A DNA stretch of 64,000 nucleotides from an uncultured cyanobacterium (GTDB lineage: Bacteria; Cyanobacteriota; Cyanobacteriia; Cyanobacteriales; Cyanobacteriaceae). The translations under genes and the position numbers were made by a program. The notes below the pieces were generated by a model. The model was given only the letters and a program-made list of their open reading frames with translations, had not been told where the DNA came from and ran no database searches. Shown in pieces: positions 61,760 to 64,000 of this stretch. Numbering within the stretch: position 1 is the stretch's first letter; each line of letters begins with the position of its first letter. The DNA lies in NCBI GenBank assembly GCA_963749915.1, contig CAVVOP010000005.1, positions 224,001 through 288,000 on the forward strand, read 5' to 3'.

Positions 61760-63850
61760 ATGACAATTCTCACGGTTACAAATACAAAAGATAATGGTGT
61801 AGGGTCACTCAGAGCGGCAATGGCTACGGCTCAGACTGGCGACACTATTACATTTGCCTCTAATCTTGCAGGGCGGACAATTACCCTGACAACGGGTGAA
61901 ATTGCTGTTACTAAAAGTCTGAAGATTGACGCGTCTGCGGCTCCTAACCTCCGCATCAGTGGCAATAATAAAAGTCGGATTTTCTCCATCGAAAAATCCT
62001 CCAATGTCTCCATTAAAGGATTAACATTCATCAACGGTCGTGCCGTTGTAGAAGGAACTGGCATTGGTCAGGGGGGTGCCATTAAAGTTAAAGACTACAG
62101 CAAGTTAACCGTTGAAAACAGCACCTTTCGGAGTAATGTTGCCGAGCGGGGTGGGGCCATTCAAGTGGGCTATGGTGGCTCTACAACCGTGCTCAATAGC
62201 ATTTTTGACAGTAACGATGGCTCCATGGCAAAAGATGGCTTCAGTGCGGGTGCCATCGCAACCTCCGGGGCCGGTGGCTCTAATGGGGCGGGCAAACTCG
62301 TGATTAAGGGCAGCAAGTTCACCAATAACAAAGGTGTAGTTGGTGGTGCTGTCTACGTTTTGCTCGGTCCATTAACCATCGAAAACTCAACTTTTAGCAA
62401 CAATCAGAGCTCGAAAGAAGGAGGTGCTGTTTTCACCGATGGTGCCAGTGGCAATGCTTTTGGCGATGATTTAGGTGGAACCACAACAATTTCGGGTAGC
62501 CGATTTGAAGGAAATAAATCGGTAGCTGGCGGTGGTGCACTCTACCTCTGGGGACACACCAACGACGAGTACATCATAAAAGACAGCACTTTGGTTGGCA
62601 ACTCTGTAACCCGGGGCGGGCCAAATAACGTCGGACGGGGGGGGGCGATCCAGCTATCAGGCGGTAACCTTACCCTTGACAGCACAACGATTGCCCGCAA
62701 CACGTCGCCCGTGCAAGGTGGAGGGTTATGGGTCAATAACAACAAAAGTACTGCATCTGTCGATATTATAAACTCCACCTTTTCCGAGAACACCGCCGAG
62801 CAAGATGCTGGCGGCGGAATATACTTCTTAGTGTCAGACACAAAACGTGTCCAAATCACCAATTCGACCCTGGTAAACAACCGGGCTGGAAGGGATGCAG
62901 GAGCTATCTGGACCAGTGGTAAAACCCGGGATGTGACCCTGAAAAACACTCTGTTTGCTGGGAATACGGCAACCAATACCCGACAAGGCAATACTAACTT
63001 CCAATTAAAGGATGGCGGAGGTAATTTTGTCGAAACCCTGGCGGGCAATAAAGGACCCAGCGTAACGGCCACGGCTGAGTATGTGGGTGACTTGAAACTA
63101 GGACCAGTGCAGTTAATCGGTGACGATCTGGTGCATCCCTTGCTAGCGGGCAGTCCTGCTATTAATACGGGGGTCAGCGGTGCACCTACGACGGATCAGC
63201 GGGGCGTTTCGCGAGAGGGTAAACCCGATGCCGGTGCTTACGAATTCACCACCGTACCGGGTAATCTCACCCTCATCGCTGCCACGGGCAACGACTCCCT
63301 CATCGGTGCCACGGGCAACGATTACCTCAACGGTCTTGCGGGTGACGACTACCTCAATGGTCTCGCGGGTAACGACTCCCTCATCGGCGCCACGGGCAAC
63401 GATTACCTCAACGGTGGCACGGGTAACGACTCCTTATACGGTGGTGCGGGCAAAGACTTCCTGCTAGGCTCCTCTGGCAATGATCTAATCACCGGTGGTG
63501 ACGGCACTGATACTATGAATGGCGGTGCTGGCTCTGATAAATTTCGTTTCCCAAACGTTACCCATAGTAGGGCGGGTATTTCCCGTGACATCATAACAGA
63601 TTTCATCACTGGCGTTGATGATATCGATCTGTCGGCAATAGATTCAAACTTAAGTGTTGCAGGCAATCAGACTTTTACCTTTATAGGTACAGGCAGTTTT
63701 ACCGGTGTTGGTGACGGAGAAGTACGTTACTATCAACTTGGTGGGGATACCATTATTCAGGTGGACAGACAGGGTAACGGTATAAGTGCAGAAATGGCAG
63801 TCCAACTCACGGGTTTAATTAATCTTGTAGCAGGTGATTTCATCCTCTAA
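61760..63850 (+). CDS. Secreted beta-helix (GGAI/FxxN repeat) protein with RTX Ca-binding repeats and a serralysin-like C-terminus
   Basis: VTNTKDNGVGSLRAA, repeated F..N...GGA(I/V), GSPAINTG..DQRG..PDAGAYE, GGxGND nonapeptides, terminal GDFIL. Confidence 0.88.
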   Translation: MTILTVTNTKDNGVGSLRAAMATAQTGDTITFASNLAGRTITLTTGEIAVTKSLKIDASAAPNLRISGNNKSRIFSIEKSSNVSIKGLTFINGRAVVEGTGIGQGGAIKVKDYSKLTVENSTFRSNVAERGGAIQVGYGGSTTVLNSIFDSNDGSMAKDGFSAGAIATSGAGGSNGAGKLVIKGSKFTNNKGVVGGAVYVLLGPLTIENSTFSNNQSSKEGGAVFTDGASGNAFGDDLGGTTTISGSRFEGNKSVAGGGALYLWGHTNDEYIIKDSTLVGNSVTRGGPNNVGRGGAIQLSGGNLTLDSTTIARNTSPVQGGGLWVNNNKSTASVDIINSTFSENTAEQDAGGGIYFLVSDTKRVQITNSTLVNNRAGRDAGAIWTSGKTRDVTLKNTLFAGNTATNTRQGNTNFQLKDGGGNFVETLAGNKGPSVTATAEYVGDLKLGPVQLIGDDLVHPLLAGSPAINTGVSGAPTTDQRGVSREGKPDAGAYEFTTVPGNLTLIAATGNDSLIGATGNDYLNGLAGDDYLNGLAGNDSLIGATGNDYLNGGTGNDSLYGGAGKDFLLGSSGNDLITGGDGTDTMNGGAGSDKFRFPNVTHSRAGISRDIITDFITGVDDIDLSAIDSNLSVAGNQTFTFIGTGSFTGVGDGEVRYYQLGGDTIIQVDRQGNGISAEMAVQLTGLINLVAGDFIL
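63272..63460 (+). repeat. 27-bp tandem repeats encoding RTX nonapeptides
   Basis: About seven units of CTCA(T/A)CGG..CACGGG(C/T)AACGA.T.C. Confidence 0.85.
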
Positions 63851-64000
63851 CTACTCAAGTTGATGAATAAAAGAATCAATACTTTTATCGAATCTTCTCA
63901 ATAAGTTATGGGAAAATTTAAGTCTGGGGGAACTCACCGAGAATAGTTAAACTCGTGTTTTAGCATTTTGACAGACGGTGGATTAAGCCATCATCTTAAT

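Noticed and set aside
63272..63460. Regular repeats as a possible CRISPR array
   Set aside because: Tandem 27-bp in-frame units without unique spacers; they encode RTX nonapeptides. No CRISPR array or cas gene was seen in the window.
3267..63666. Numerous short antisense or alternate-frame ORFs in the track (e.g. 3267-3530, 14863-15156, 25770-26114, 51153-51590, 62542-63072)
   Set aside because: They overlap well-supported genes and have no motifs; shadow ORFs.

Overview
AT-rich cyanobacterial chromosome segment. Evidence: many HIP1 GCGATCGC octamers; psbO, rpaB, crtR, petL and an hli gene; rpoB directly followed by rpoC2, which suggests a unicellular Chroococcales such as Cyanobacterium or Geminocystis (inference). 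Most of the window is housekeeping: amt, moaE, mscL, bcp, accD, malic enzyme, clpS, asnS, gltD, rpsT-tatD-rpoB-rpoC2, plsX-fabH and tRNA-Val. The main accessory feature is a ~9 kb minus-strand island (32982-41995) between gltD and rpsT. It encodes a coiled-coil McrB-like AAA+ GTPase with an NxD motif, a DUF2357/McrC-like protein, a UPF1-like SF1 helicase, a two-HxK PLD nuclease-like protein and a 773-aa protein that may be a degenerate Hsp70/helical protein. This resembles a CoCoNuT-type (type IV restriction-related) defence system. It appears damaged: the first two genes each carry a frameshift and the GTPase 5' end is cut by nested IS66-like ends. Features missing from the ORF track include an hliC-like gene, a 54-aa Cys-rich ORF, petL, tRNA-Val and a probable ATT start for the STAS gene. 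All calls come from motif recognition by eye; no searches were run.
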